The notes under the pieces: generated by a model
Database searches by the model: none
What the model saw: only the letters and a program-made list of their open reading frames with translations
Told to the model about the DNA's origin: nothing
Made by a program: the position numbers and the translations under genes
Origin: Opitutales bacterium
Lineage (GTDB): Bacteria > Verrucomicrobiota > Verrucomicrobiia > Opitutales > JABSRG01
Assembly: GCA_049599475.1 (NCBI GenBank)
Contig: JBMYOQ010000106.1
Coordinates: 1-11,608 of the forward strand
Length of the DNA: 11,608 nucleotides
Direction of reading: 5' to 3'
Shown: piece after piece, positions 1 to 8,215 of the stretch
Layout: each line of letters opens with the position of its first letter
Numbering within the stretch: position 1 is the first letter of the stretch

Positions 1-179
1 AGTCAGGCATCCCGATGCCATCCTGATGCTGCGCCTTGCACTGCTTCGATTTTCAATACACCTATTTGATCAATATTTTCGGGATTCGGTATTAGAGCTG
101 GCGCCCCAGCAGATCCGCCTTCGCGACGCTGTGGCGAGACGTCGGTGGGGCGGCACACCATCCACTGAGGGGCTTTTGA

Positions 180-238
180 GCAATGCGAGTAGCAGAAAAG
201 CGTAATCTTCTTCGCGTCTTCGCTGCTTGAGCGCAGCG
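180..238. repeat. Degenerate palindromic intergenic element with 8-nt periodic arm (CTTCGCGT-CTTCGCTG) plus a 6-bp hairpin; possible 3'-end structure of the SGNH gene
   Basis: CGCTGC (221-226) pairs with GCAGCG (233-238) around a 6-nt loop. CTTCTTCGCGTCTTCGCTGC (207-226) is loosely complementary to GCAATGCGAGTAGCAGAAAAG (180-200). Lies just downstream of the minus-strand stop at 259. Confidence 0.4.
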
Positions 239-258
239 GGTGTGAGGAATTCTTCTGA

Positions 259-1167
259 CTACTGGTCTGTAAGATAGATCGCGCTCTCTAGCTGTTTGGC
301 TACATCGCGTGCAGTTTCCAGATCGCCACCCATGGGCACGCCGGGGCGTAGGGGCTTTGTCTCGGCGTGGATCGCTTTTTGGAATGTCTGCATGCGTTGA
401 TGGATTGCTTGAAACTGGTTTGGGGTCACGAGGTCATCCACAGAGTTCAGGGGCGCTGCGCCTTCTTTTCCGAAATAGGCGAATAGGCTCTCGGCCATCA
501 TCCAATGGCCTTGGTCATTGGGGTGGACCTTATCTTTTTGCACGGTGAAGCGGGGATTTTCGTCTTTCAAAAAATCCACCTTCGCGCGCATTTCGCTGTG
601 AAGGTCGGCGACGAGCCATCCTTGTTCTCGTTGTTCGACCAACCAGCTGGAATAAGCGGAGAGGACATCGTCGTAGTCGAAGCCTCGTTTTCCCTTATTA
701 TCATAAATGGGCGGGGTCACATGAATGACCTCTGCTCCGTATTGCTTAGCCACAGCTCGCAAACGCATGAGCCCGTGGCGGTACTGATCAAATCGCTCCT
801 CATCTAGTTCGAGGTAGATTCCGCAGTTCATCCCGTAGCAGGCGATGATGAGGTCCGGGTGCGTCTTCGCGAGGACTCGCTCAAGTCGTTCGAAGATACA
901 GGGACGCGGAAATTTTCCCTTCGCGTGACCTTCTTCGCTGAGACCAGAGACCGTTTCGCTGCCCAGGCCCGCATTGATTATTTCAAACCGTAGATCTGGA
1001 AATTGATTTACCAGCCACGACTCAAAGTAGCTTACATAAGTGCCTCGTTGCGTGATGCTATCACCGAGAAAGAGGATATTTTTGCTCTCCTTAAGGATGT
1101 CGCGAGGCATGGAAGCATTGAGTGTTTGAAGAAATGTCAGGCACAGGAGGATAGGAAATAAGCGCAT
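259..1167 (-). CDS. SGNH/GDSL hydrolase family protein with predicted signal peptide
   Basis: Motifs FLGDSIT (block I), NAGLGSET (II), CYGMN (III) and DKVHPN (V, DxxH). Start moved from 1260 to ATG 1167 because MRLFPILLCLTFLQTLNA looks like a Sec signal peptide and the longer start crowds the divergent promoter region. Confidence 0.9.
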   Translation of the reverse strand: MRLFPILLCLTFLQTLNASMPRDILKESKNILFLGDSITQRGTYVSYFESWLVNQFPDLRFEIINAGLGSETVSGLSEEGHAKGKFPRPCIFERLERVLAKTHPDLIIACYGMNCGIYLELDEERFDQYRHGLMRLRAVAKQYGAEVIHVTPPIYDNKGKRGFDYDDVLSAYSSWLVEQREQGWLVADLHSEMRAKVDFLKDENPRFTVQKDKVHPNDQGHWMMAESLFAYFGKEGAAPLNSVDDLVTPNQFQAIHQRMQTFQKAIHAETKPLRPGVPMGGDLETARDVAKQLESAIYLTDQ

Positions 1168-1280
1168 AGTGAGGGAAAGAATTTTAATCTGAAGTCCAAT
1201 CGGTTGACACAATATTTCAGTAAGTTGAATTTTCCGTGTCATTTGAGTGTTATTGGGCACGTTATCGATCCAAAAAGGGG

Positions 1281-1308
1281 TTGATCCTTCGAAGCTTCAG
1301 GCTACTTT
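1281..1308 (+). promoter_or_regulatory. Candidate sigma70 promoter for the lipid cluster
   Basis: TTGATC (1281-1286), 16-nt spacer, TACTTT (1303-1308), ending 9 nt before ATG 1318. No strong Shine-Dalgarno. Pattern match only. Confidence 0.4.
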
Positions 1309-1317
1309 GGACGGTTT

Positions 1318-2808
1318 ATGGCAAGAGATTATCTTAAGGGAGCCAAAGACTTTTATGACGTCGTAGTGGTCGGTAGCGGACTCGGTGGGTTAACCGGGGC
1401 CAACTATCTGGCGAAGCAGGGCCATTCTGTGCTCTTGCTCGAGCACCATTATCAGCTAGGAGGCTTGGCTACTTGGTTTAAGCGCGGAGGCGCCAACGGG
1501 CACACTTTTGATATCTCGCTGCACGGGTTTCCCTACGGAATGGTGAAATCTTGCCGCAAATATTGGTCAAAGGATATCGCGGATGCAATAGAGCAGGTTA
1601 AGGATGTCCGCTTCATAAATCCAGAATTCGACGTCACTACGACTTTTGACCGAACAGATTTTTCCAAGAAGTTGATCGAAGTCTTTGGAATCGCTGAGGA
1701 GCGGGTGGAAGCGTTCTACGACCACTTGCGCCAGATGAATTTCTACGACGACGATAAGCGCACGACTGGCGAATTGTTCGAAGAATTTTTCCCCGGCCGT
1801 TCTGATGTCCATCGCCTGCTTATGGAGCCGATTGCGTATGCCAATGGCTCGACTATGGATGATCCGGCGATTTCCTACGGGATTGTCTTTTCGAATTTCA
1901 TGAACAAGGGCGTGTTCATCTTCAAGGGCGGAACGGACACGCTTATTAAGAGGATGGCCAATGAACTCAAGTCCAACGGGGCGGATCTGCGTCGCTATTG
2001 CATGGTCGAAAAAATCCTCACCAAAGAAGTCGATGGCAAGCGTCGGGTGAATGGGGTTGTTGTAAATGGCAAAACGATTGGCTGCAAAGCGGTTTTGTCG
2101 AACGCGAATATCAAAAACACCATTTTCAAACTCACCGGTGCTGAAAACTTCTCGCCTGAGTTTGCGAAGGAAGCTGAGGCCGTCCGCCTAAACAGCTCTT
2201 CGTGCCAGGTCTACATGGGGCTGAAGGAAGGAGAGAGTATTCCTTACATCGGTGATCTCGTATTTACCTCAGATGCTGAGAAATTCTCTAGCCAGGAACT
2301 CGTCGACATTAAGACGAAGAGCCGGACATTCTCCGTATATTATCCGGACATGCGCCCGCACACTAAGAGTCCGCGATACTCGATCGTGGCGTCCTTGAAT
2401 GCGACTTACAGCCAATGGGCTGAGCTCGACGAGGAGACGTATCAGAAGGAAAAGCAACGATTGATCGACGAAGCCTTGGATGGGCTTGAGAAATTTGTCC
2501 CAGACATTCGTGATAAGGTAGACCACCTGGAAGCTGCTACGCCGCGTACCGTAAATTATTACACCACCCATTTCGGGGGCACGTCTTTCGGGACGAAATT
2601 CGAAGGCTTGCCAGTATCGATGAATCTGAGCGAACAGATTGAAGGCCTCTACCACGCGGGATCTGTCGGTATCATCATGTCGGGCTGGCTGGGCACGATG
2701 AACTACGGTGTCATCACATCCAATAAGATGGACAAGTGGCTCTACGAAGAAACCAAGAATGGTTACATCCCTGCGGCCAAACGCGAAGAAGCCGCATCTG
2801 CTCTCTAA
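1318..2808 (+). CDS. FAD-dependent oxidoreductase, phytoene desaturase (CrtI)/retinol saturase-like family
   Basis: N-terminal dinucleotide fold [12 protein letters not shown]...[15 protein letters not shown] segment, ATPRT motif and C-terminal GLYHAGS; 496 aa is typical of the family. No carotenoid genes nearby, so the substrate is probably not phytoene. Confidence 0.85.
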   Translation: MARDYLKGAKDFYDVVVVGSGLGGLTGANYLAKQGHSVLLLEHHYQLGGLATWFKRGGANGHTFDISLHGFPYGMVKSCRKYWSKDIADAIEQVKDVRFINPEFDVTTTFDRTDFSKKLIEVFGIAEERVEAFYDHLRQMNFYDDDKRTTGELFEEFFPGRSDVHRLLMEPIAYANGSTMDDPAISYGIVFSNFMNKGVFIFKGGTDTLIKRMANELKSNGADLRRYCMVEKILTKEVDGKRRVNGVVVNGKTIGCKAVLSNANIKNTIFKLTGAENFSPEFAKEAEAVRLNSSSCQVYMGLKEGESIPYIGDLVFTSDAEKFSSQELVDIKTKSRTFSVYYPDMRPHTKSPRYSIVASLNATYSQWAELDEETYQKEKQRLIDEALDGLEKFVPDIRDKVDHLEAATPRTVNYYTTHFGGTSFGTKFEGLPVSMNLSEQIEGLYHAGSVGIIMSGWLGTMNYGVITSNKMDKWLYEETKNGYIPAAKREEAASAL

Positions 2809-2835
2809 GAATTCGAATCTCTCAAACACCTGATT

Positions 2836-3279
2836 ATGGACGAAATCCTACGTACCATCCCGCACCGCCCTCCATTTCTCTTCGTAGATACAATCGTAGA
2901 ACTTCGCGAGGATGGCGCCATCTGTCAGCGCACCCTGCGTGAAGACGAAGATTTTTTTGGCGGTCACTATCCAGGCAACCCCATCATGCCAGGCGTGTTG
3001 ATGTGCGAAGCCGTCTTCCAAACTGGGGCAATATATCTCGGCAAGCAGTTGGAAGCCGAAGGTGGCAGCCTCGGGGACATCACACCTGTTTTGTCACGGA
3101 TCAAGGACGCGCGGTTCAAGAACATGGTAAAGCCTGGAGACACGCTTACTATCGAGGTGAAACTCACCGAGAAGGTCAGCCATTTCTCTTTTCTCAAGGG
3201 CGTTGTAAAACGCGAGGATGGCAAGGTCGCGGTGACGATTGATTTCGCGTTGGCGATGGTCAAGGAGGCGGCTAAGTGA
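2836..3279 (+). CDS. fabZ: 3-hydroxyacyl-ACP dehydratase, FabZ family
   Basis: IPHRPPFLFVD and FFGGHYPGNPIMPGVLMCEA motifs with the His/Glu dyad of FabZ-type enzymes (FabA has Asp); ARFKNMVKPGD. May be a pathway-specific paralogue. Confidence 0.9.
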   Translation: MDEILRTIPHRPPFLFVDTIVELREDGAICQRTLREDEDFFGGHYPGNPIMPGVLMCEAVFQTGAIYLGKQLEAEGGSLGDITPVLSRIKDARFKNMVKPGDTLTIEVKLTEKVSHFSFLKGVVKREDGKVAVTIDFALAMVKEAAK

Positions 3280-4097
3280 GCTGGTTGAAGCTCGACGGAA
3301 AGCGCATCCTGGTCATGGGTGTTGCCAACCGCAAAAGTATAGCCTGGCTCGTTGCAAAGACCCTTGAAGCGGAAGGTGTGGAGGTGATTTTCAGCGTCCG
3401 TTCGGAGTCGCGTTTGGAGAGTCTGAAAAAACTTTTGGGAGAACGCACCGCACATATATGTGACGTGGAAAACCCCGAGGAAGTCGAGTCGCTTGCCGCA
3501 AAGGTTGGAGCCGAAGGTAAACCTATCGACGGCATCGTGCATTCGATAGCCTTTGCTGATTATTCCGAAGGCTTTATTCCGTTTCACGAAACCAAGCGAG
3601 GTCAGTTCTTGCAAGCCACGAGCATTTCAGCGTTTTCGATTGTCGAAATCGCGCGTGCGTTTAAGCCGTATTTTTCTGAGAATGCTTCCTTCGTATCCAT
3701 GGGTATTTCGTCTCAGGTAACAGCGGAGAATTATGGATATATGGGGCCGATCAAAGCTGCCTTGGAAAGCTGCACGCGGTTTTTGGCGAAGTCCTTCTCT
3801 GCGGACAGTGAAGTGCGCTTCAATACCGTGAACTCCGGCCCACTCAAGACAAGCGCATCGGCAGGTATTCCAGGTTATCTGGAAAGCTATTTATTTGCCG
3901 AGAAAATGACCATGCGCAAGAAGGCGCTGACGACTCAAGAAGTCGCCGACACGGCTGTCTTTTTGCTCAGTGAGCGCTCTAGTGGCATCAATGCACAGGG
4001 CATCACTGTCAACGCGGGCATGGACATCAATTACTTTGATAAAGAGCTTATCCAGCTCGCAATGAGGCCGGAGTCCAAGAGTAAGGATGAAGGTTGA
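3276..4097 (+). CDS. fabI: Enoyl-ACP reductase, FabI-like SDR (divergent)
   Basis: GVANRKSIAW NAD-binding motif, DGIVHSIAFA, catalytic YGYMGPIK (Y-x2-M-x3-K), GPLKTSASAGI. GTG start overlaps the fabZ stop (GTGA at 3276-3279). Confidence 0.85.
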   Translation: MSWLKLDGKRILVMGVANRKSIAWLVAKTLEAEGVEVIFSVRSESRLESLKKLLGERTAHICDVENPEEVESLAAKVGAEGKPIDGIVHSIAFADYSEGFIPFHETKRGQFLQATSISAFSIVEIARAFKPYFSENASFVSMGISSQVTAENYGYMGPIKAALESCTRFLAKSFSADSEVRFNTVNSGPLKTSASAGIPGYLESYLFAEKMTMRKKALTTQEVADTAVFLLSERSSGINAQGITVNAGMDINYFDKELIQLAMRPESKSKDEG

Positions 4098-4112
4098 GGG
4101 ATGAAGGATGAA
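4083..4112 (+). repeat. 30-nt heptamer-periodic repeat, copy 1 (AAGGATG AAGGTTG AGGGATG AAGGATG AA)
   Basis: Exact reverse complement of 8378-8407; overlaps the last four codons and TGA stop of fabI. Confidence 0.95.
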
Positions 4113-4163
4113 TGGGCCCTTTGATCGATCGGATGAGACGGCCTTGCTCCTGACTAAGATAAT

Positions 4164-5201
4164 ATGAATTTTAAAAACGTCGTCATAGAATCGCTCGAAT
4201 ATGCGATGCCAGAGGAGGTCTGGACTTCTGCGGATATTGAGGCTAAGTTGCGACCTACCTATGAGCGCCTGAAGTTGCCAGAAGGGCGCTTGGAGCTGAT
4301 GACAGGGATCAAAGAGCGTCGATTTTGGCCGCTAGATAAGCGCCCCTCGGAAGCGAGTGCTCTGGCCGGTAAGGCTGTTCTCGAAAAGTCGAATGTCGCC
4401 GCTCAAGACGTGGATTTATTGATACATTCGGCTGTCTGCCGTGATCGCTTAGAACCCGCCACGGCCTCCTATGTGCACCGTTTATTAGATCTGCCGGGGA
4501 AGACGCAAATCCTTGATGTGTCGAATGCATGCTTGGGCTTTCTAAATGCTATTTTGCTCGCCGCTGGACTGATCGAAAGTGGTCAGATTAAACATGCCTT
4601 GATCGTGTCGGGCGAGAATGGCCGCCCTCTAATGGAGAATACGCTGCGCGCGCTGCTCGATCCCAAACAGACGCGGAAATCGGTGAAACCGTATTTTGCT
4701 AATTTGACGATTGGTGCTGGCGCAGTCGGCGCAATGCTGTCTCACAAAAATGCTGTGAGCTCTGCGAAATTCCGAGTGCTGGGAGGTATTGTTGAGACGG
4801 ATACATCTGCAAATGAACTCTGCGAGGGCGACTCAAGCGATGGCAACGAATTGGCGATGCAGACCGATTCGGAAGCTCTTTTGGTGGCTGGAGTCGCATT
4901 GGCAAAACGTGGCTTCGAACGCTTTTTAGATGTGATGTCGTGGTCGCGCGAGGCGATCGAACATGTCATTACACACCAGGTCGGCAGTACCCACAGAAAT
5001 CGATTGTTTGAGACCATTGGTCTCGATGTGGCGAAGGATTTTTCAACCTTCGAACGTTTCGGCAATGTGGGATCTGTATCATGTCCATTAACGCTGGCCT
5101 GTGCTGAAGAGGCCGGGCAATTCAAGCCTGGAGACTCCTGTGCTTTGCTGGGAATTGGGAGTGGTTTGAGTACTTGTATGATGGGAGTGGAGCGCCTGTG
5201 A
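4164..5201 (+). CDS. oleA: OleA-type thiolase-fold condensing enzyme (3-oxoacyl-ACP synthase III-like)
   Basis: TGIKERRFW, LEPATA (OleA catalytic Glu region), DVSNACLGF (catalytic Cys), THQVG (His), FGNVGS (Asn), LLGIGSGL. Directly followed by an OleB homologue. Confidence 0.85.
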   Translation: MNFKNVVIESLEYAMPEEVWTSADIEAKLRPTYERLKLPEGRLELMTGIKERRFWPLDKRPSEASALAGKAVLEKSNVAAQDVDLLIHSAVCRDRLEPATASYVHRLLDLPGKTQILDVSNACLGFLNAILLAAGLIESGQIKHALIVSGENGRPLMENTLRALLDPKQTRKSVKPYFANLTIGAGAVGAMLSHKNAVSSAKFRVLGGIVETDTSANELCEGDSSDGNELAMQTDSEALLVAGVALAKRGFERFLDVMSWSREAIEHVITHQVGSTHRNRLFETIGLDVAKDFSTFERFGNVGSVSCPLTLACAEEAGQFKPGDSCALLGIGSGLSTCMMGVERL

Positions 5202-6076
5202 CCGCATTACCCGAATTTCTGACCAAAGAGTATCCATTCGCGCAGAACTCGATCGATCTGCATTCGGTCGCGCGGATGAACTATGTCGACGAGGGGGAAG
5301 GGCGCCCAGTGGTCATGCTTCACGGAAATCCGACATGGTCTTATTTCTACAGAAATCTGATCAAGAAGTTGTCGCCGACCCGTCGATGTATCGTACCAGA
5401 CCATATTGGCTGTGGCCTCTCGGAAAAACCCGAGACCTACATGTATCGCCTGCGCCAGCACGTGGATAATGTAGTTGAGCTAGTGGAACGGTTGGAGCTG
5501 GAGTCGTTTGACCTCATCGTGCATGACTGGGGCGGTGCTATTGGTATGGGCTTGGCTCGCAGAATGCCTGAGAAAGTCGGCCGTATCGTAGCTATGAATA
5601 CAGCGGCTTACCGCGCGCCGTGGATTCCTCTACGGATTAATATTTGCAAAATTCCTGGCTTTGGCCAGTGGATCGTCCGCAAGTTTAACGGCTTTGCGGG
5701 ACCTGCCTTGAAAATGGCTGTCAAAAAGCCTATGCCCAGGGACGTCGAACAAGGATTTATTTACCCTTATGGAAACTGGGAGGATCGGATCGCGACCTGG
5801 GCTTTCGTGAAAGATATTCCCATGACACCCTTTCACACGACGTGGGATGATCTCGTCGAAATCGAGCGTGACTTGAAGCTCTTCAAAGATAATCCGATGT
5901 TGCTTCTCTGGGGAATGAAGGATTTCTGTTTCTCTCCCAATTTTTTGAGACGCTGGCAGGAATTTTTCCCAAATGCCGAGGTCGAGGAATACGAAAAGGC
6001 CGGACACTACGTCTTGGAGGATGCCGGCGAGGTCGCACTTAAGAGAATCGGGCAGTTTTTAGGAAACCACGCCTAG
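5198..6076 (+). CDS. oleB: OleB-type alpha/beta hydrolase (beta-lactone decarboxylase; haloalkane dehalogenase fold)
   Basis: HGNPTWSY, PDHIGCGLS, VHDWGG (Asp nucleophile), WGMKDFCF (acid), AGHYVLED (His). GTG at 5198 overlaps the oleA stop (GTGA) and has GGAG upstream, so it is preferred to the TTG at 5174. Confidence 0.85.
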   Translation: MTALPEFLTKEYPFAQNSIDLHSVARMNYVDEGEGRPVVMLHGNPTWSYFYRNLIKKLSPTRRCIVPDHIGCGLSEKPETYMYRLRQHVDNVVELVERLELESFDLIVHDWGGAIGMGLARRMPEKVGRIVAMNTAAYRAPWIPLRINICKIPGFGQWIVRKFNGFAGPALKMAVKKPMPRDVEQGFIYPYGNWEDRIATWAFVKDIPMTPFHTTWDDLVEIERDLKLFKDNPMLLLWGMKDFCFSPNFLRRWQEFFPNAEVEEYEKAGHYVLEDAGEVALKRIGQFLGNHA

Positions 6077-6103
6077 ACGCGAAAGCGTAAGGCTTTTATA
6101 GAG

Positions 6104-6172
6104 TCCACGAAACACACCAAATACACGAAACCAAGGAGGCTCCGTTTTCGTGTGTTTTGTATATTTCGTGGA
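6104..6172. repeat. Long imperfect inverted repeat with 9-nt periodic arms; probable terminator or REP-like element between convergent oleB and HAD genes
   Basis: Arms 6104-6130 (TCCACGAAACACACCAAATACACGAAA) and 6146-6172 match at 23/27 positions as reverse complements; 15-nt loop. Confidence 0.85.
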
Positions 6173-6339
6173 TCCCTTAATAACTGGACTTCATCCACCA
6201 TCCGGCGACGATTTTTACCGTCTCAGTGAGCCGGTGCTTTTAAGCCTTTGCTAGGTCCGTGATCCGCTCATCTGAACGGTTCTCTCTATCATCTGTTTGC
6301 GAAAATAATTTTGAGAAAGGGGCTAATCCTGGTTCGCTG

Positions 6340-7041
6340 TTAGATAAAGAGGCTCAAGATGTCGTTGAGCTCGGTGAAAGTCGCAAAGCCCTGGTTTTCC
6401 GTCTTGTCGGATTTTTGCAGGGCGCATTGCCAGCCAGCTTTGTAAGGGCCTTTACCGTCGTTGATGAGCGAGTCGCCAATGTGGAGGATTTCGATCGGCT
6501 TGCAATCGAGCTGCTGTTCCACGGCATTGAAGGCTTCCGGGGCGGGCTTTTCGAAGCCCAAATCACACGAGAGAGAGAGCACGTTTGCATATTCCGCGAG
6601 GTGGGTGGCTTCGAGCACCTTGTGCATTCGAGCATCCGTGTTGGAGAAGAATGTAAGGATAAGGTCCTTCTCGGTCAGCGCGTCCAGAAAGTCGAAAGTG
6701 CCTTCTCGGATACTCCAGCGATTGGCTTCTTCGAACGTATGAAAGAGAGCATCGAAGACCTCGTCGGAAACCGCATCCCAACCCTGGATTTCCGCAGCGG
6801 TGCCGTCGACGACCTCTCGCCAAAAGGATATATCCATACGCCGCTCCGGGTATTTCGACCAGACAGCCTGCACTTCCCGGAACGCCCCCCGAAAGGCATC
6901 CTCAATGAGCTCGGGCGTCAATGTGTAGCCGAAGCCACGAAGCACATCTGCATAAATATCGCCCACTGAAGGATTTGGGCTGAGGATGGTGCCATTGAGG
7001 TCTATAGAGACAGCGCGTATTTTGGTAGGATCGAATCGCAT
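6340..7041 (-). CDS. HAD-superfamily hydrolase, subfamily IA (REG-2-like)
   Basis: Motif I SIDLNGT, motif II FSN, motif III GFEKP, motif IV HIGDSLIND...AGW. Confidence 0.88.
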   Translation of the reverse strand: MRFDPTKIRAVSIDLNGTILSPNPSVGDIYADVLRGFGYTLTPELIEDAFRGAFREVQAVWSKYPERRMDISFWREVVDGTAAEIQGWDAVSDEVFDALFHTFEEANRWSIREGTFDFLDALTEKDLILTFFSNTDARMHKVLEATHLAEYANVLSLSCDLGFEKPAPEAFNAVEQQLDCKPIEILHIGDSLINDGKGPYKAGWQCALQKSDKTENQGFATFTELNDILSLFI

Positions 7042-7091
7042 ATTGGATAAGTCTGTGCTTAGGAGCTAACTCGAAAATTTGGATGAGTTCA

Positions 7092-7193
7092 AACCACAGA
7101 TGACAGATAAATGAAATGGAGCGTATGCGCTTAAGCCTGACTGCGTAAGCCAGGTTCAATTTATTATCTATGTCCCTAGAGAAATCTGTGATT
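7092..7193. repeat. Degenerate palindromic element (CACAGAT...ATCTGTG) with internal mini-hairpins
   Basis: AACCACAGAT (7092-7101) versus ATCTGTGATT (7184-7193) is 9/10 complementary. Inner hairpins AGCG-TATG-CGCT (7120-7131) and CCTG...CAGG (7136-7154). Confidence 0.5.
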
Positions 7194-7213
7194 AACTACA
7201 GTACCTCGAACCT

Positions 7214-8215
7214 ATGAAAAAACTTCTGCAGATAAATGGCTTTCTAATCGGAGTCGCGATCGCCGTGGGCCTTGCGTGGCTGTTACCCGATTTGGGGGCA
7301 AAGGGTGGTTTATTTCGGAGTGAGATCACGACGAAGGTTGGCGTCTTTATTATCTTCATCATCCAGGGGCTAACGCTTCCAACGGATGAACTGAAGAAAG
7401 GCCTGATGCAGCTCCGCCTGCATGCTGTCTGTCAGCTGAGCAACTTCGTATGGGCGCCAATACTCTTGTGGGCGGTTCTCTGTGCTGCGGAATCTTTCGT
7501 GACGATTGCGCCGGACCTGAAGGTTGGCTTCTTTTTCCTCTCGATCCTCCCGACCACGGTATCGACCGCTGTGGTATTCACTGGAAAAGCTGAGGGGAAT
7601 GTCGCTGGTGCTCTGTTCAATACATCAGTTTCCAATGTCCTCGGAGTCTTTATTGTGCCGGTATTTATTACTTGGATCATGGGCGCTCAGGCCGGATCCG
7701 GGGCTAGTGGCGATGTCGGGGGCTTACTCATAAAGATCGCGCAGATCATTTTGCTGCCGCTGATCATTGGGCAAATCCTGCGTATTTGGTTTGCAGGGTG
7801 GGCCGCCAAAAAGAAGAAGGTCCTAAGCAAGGTAAACGTCTACATCATTTACTACATGATCTACGCGGCCTTCTGCAATTCTGTGAAAAACGGCATCTGG
7901 AATAGCTACGGTCTAGATGTCGTCGCGGTGGCATTGGGGGTGAGCCTCATATTTTTATTTCTAATGACCGGCTCCGTTTACGTGATGGCTCGCGTGTCAA
8001 AGTTTGATGCAGCAAACCAAGCAACCGTCGTATTTTGTGGCGCTCAAAAAACACTCGCAGCCGGGGTCCCGATGGCTGGTTCGATCTTCACAACAGGCTC
8101 TCCCGAACTCGGGCTAGTCCTCCTACCAATCATGTTTTACCACCCGACCCAGATCCTCCTCGGATCCTACCTGATCAGCTACTTCGAAAGAAAAGCAGAG
8201 AAGGATGAAGGATGA
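7214..8215 (+). CDS. Bile acid:sodium symporter family (SBF-like/YfeH-like) membrane transporter
   Basis: Roughly ten hydrophobic segments; LPTTVSTAVVFT..AEGN, SNVLGVFIVP, QKTLAAGVPMA and YHPTQI motifs. Substrate unknown. Confidence 0.88.
   Translation: MKKLLQINGFLIGVAIAVGLAWLLPDLGAKGGLFRSEITTKVGVFIIFIIQGLTLPTDELKKGLMQLRLHAVCQLSNFVWAPILLWAVLCAAESFVTIAPDLKVGFFFLSILPTTVSTAVVFTGKAEGNVAGALFNTSVSNVLGVFIVPVFITWIMGAQAGSGASGDVGGLLIKIAQIILLPLIIGQILRIWFAGWAAKKKKVLSKVNVYIIYYMIYAAFCNSVKNGIWNSYGLDVVAVALGVSLIFLFLMTGSVYVMARVSKFDAANQATVVFCGAQKTLAAGVPMAGSIFTTGSPELGLVLLPIMFYHPTQILLGSYLISYFERKAEKDEG

Noticed and set aside
1..150. Short palindromes (GGCATC-CC-GATGCC 6-19, GCTGG-CGCC-CCAGC 97-110) and a possible gene end at the window edge
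   Set aside because: Stems are short and context is truncated; they may be REP-like, but no CDS or RNA gene can be supported.
259..1167. SGNH hydrolase as thioesterase of the lipid cluster
   Set aside because: It is divergently transcribed and apparently exported; such esterases are common and nothing in the sequence links it to the pathway.
1318..2808. Carotenoid biosynthesis (crtI) call
   Set aside because: No crtB, crtE or crtY nearby and the context is fatty-acid/olefin genes; only the family fold is supported.
2269..3614. Minus-strand ORFs 2269-2829, 2967-3614 and 3272-3535
   Set aside because: Antisense to well-supported oxidoreductase, fabZ and fabI genes; no domain signatures.
5198..6076. 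Haloalkane dehalogenase call
   Set aside because: Same fold, but translational coupling to oleA and the DFCF/GHYVLED motifs favour OleB.
6259..6969. 236-aa + strand ORF
   Set aside because: Antisense shadow of the HAD gene, with no recognisable motifs.
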